This document shows, one piece after another, positions 5,387-5,747 of a stretch of DNA of 5,747 bases. The notes under the pieces were generated by a model. That model was not told where the DNA came from, made no database searches, and saw only the letters and a list, made by a program, of their open reading frames with translations. A program made the position numbers and the translations under genes. Where the stretch lies: positions 1 to 5,747 of the forward strand of contig JAZRFT010000027.1 of the NCBI GenBank assembly GCA_045643805.1, read 5' to 3'. Within the stretch, counting starts at the first letter, position 1, and the number at the start of each line of letters is the position of its first letter. The stretch comes from Acutalibacteraceae bacterium. GTDB taxonomy: Bacteria > Bacillota > Clostridia > Oscillospirales > Acutalibacteraceae.

Positions 5387-5747
5387 TACTTATATCACCA
5401 TCCATTTCTAGTTTTGTTATAATATCCATCTGACCTTGCTCGGTACTGTGGCTATAGTGCATAGTCATATTTAGATTTTTATGTCCGACACGCTTGGCTA
5501 TTTCAACACTCGGAATAACAAGCGACTGAAGGTATGTAATGTGGCTGTGTCTTATATCATGAATTCTTATTCTGGGAAGACCTGTTCTGCTGCAGCCTAT
5601 CTCCATAGCCGATACAAGAAACTTTCCGGTATTGTAATTGAAAAGCCTTTGAGTGGGACTTGGTTTATAAAAGAGGTTTATATATGTGTTTATTGCTTCA
5701 CTAACAAAGTCGGGGAGCATTACTGTTCGTTTGCTGTTCTTTGTTTT
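5376..5747 (-). CDS. int: Tyrosine recombinase / phage-type integrase, C-terminal catalytic part (5' end lies outside the window)
   Basis: The frame stays open to the window edge: ...KTKNSKRTV precedes the track's Met and is the conserved beta-hairpin Lys region. The catalytic motifs are RIHDIRHSH (His-x-x-Arg) and VGHKNLNMTMHYSH (His/Trp position and the Tyr nucleophile). The stop is TAA at 5376-5378. Confidence 0.9.
   Translation of the reverse strand, partial: KTKNSKRTVMLPDFVSEAINTYINLFYKPSPTQRLFNYNTGKFLVSAMEIGCSRTGLPRIRIHDIRHSHITYLQSLVIPSVEIAKRVGHKNLNMTMHYSHSTEQGQMDIITKLEMDGDISNDD

Larger units (their letters stand above)
4510..5747. mobile_element. End portion of an integrative (possibly mobilizable) element; left boundary not determinable, could lie anywhere from about 3770 to 4820
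   Basis: An integrase + RHH + Xis-like operon points toward a structured ORF-free region. The DNA from about 3770 rightward is AT-rich relative to the GH operon. A mobile-element-type XRE pseudogene is adjacent. Only one end is visible, so no att duplication can be verified. Confidence 0.55.

Noticed and set aside
1-5747. CRISPR arrays, rRNA, IS terminal inverted repeats and long tandem repeats
   Set aside because: No regularly spaced repeats of 20 bp or more, no rRNA-like conserved blocks and no transposase ORF were seen on either strand.

Overview
The window has two parts. Bases 1-3767 are ordinary, more GC-rich DNA carrying a minus-strand two-gene glycan-debranching operon. It runs GH95 alpha-L-fucosidase-family enzyme, 23-nt spacer with AAGGAG, then GH51 alpha-L-arabinofuranosidase. 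Neither protein has a signal peptide, and a good sigma-A promoter sits at 3804-3832. From about 3770 to the right edge the DNA is visibly more AT-rich and looks like mobile-element material. It contains a decayed XRE-family HTH regulator gene (N-terminally truncated, in-frame TAA) and a roughly 370-bp ORF-free but highly structured stretch (4500-4870). That stretch is followed by a minus-strand recombination module: a tyrosine recombinase running off the window edge, an 11-nt-overlapping 109-aa ribbon-helix-helix MobC-like protein, and a 57-aa Xis-like HTH protein absent from the ORF track, ending at an intrinsic terminator. The ORF-free stretch holds a near-consensus extended -10 promoter, a 15-bp perfect palindrome at the predicted +1, a perfect 10-6-10 inverted repeat, and four same-orientation TTGATAC copies. 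I see no tRNA, rRNA or CRISPR array, and no complete novel multi-gene system. The least explained part is the non-coding architecture at 4510-4775, which could be a small RNA, an att or arm-site region, or both. Host is probably a low-GC Firmicute (Clostridia-like), judged only from gene content and Shine-Dalgarno usage.
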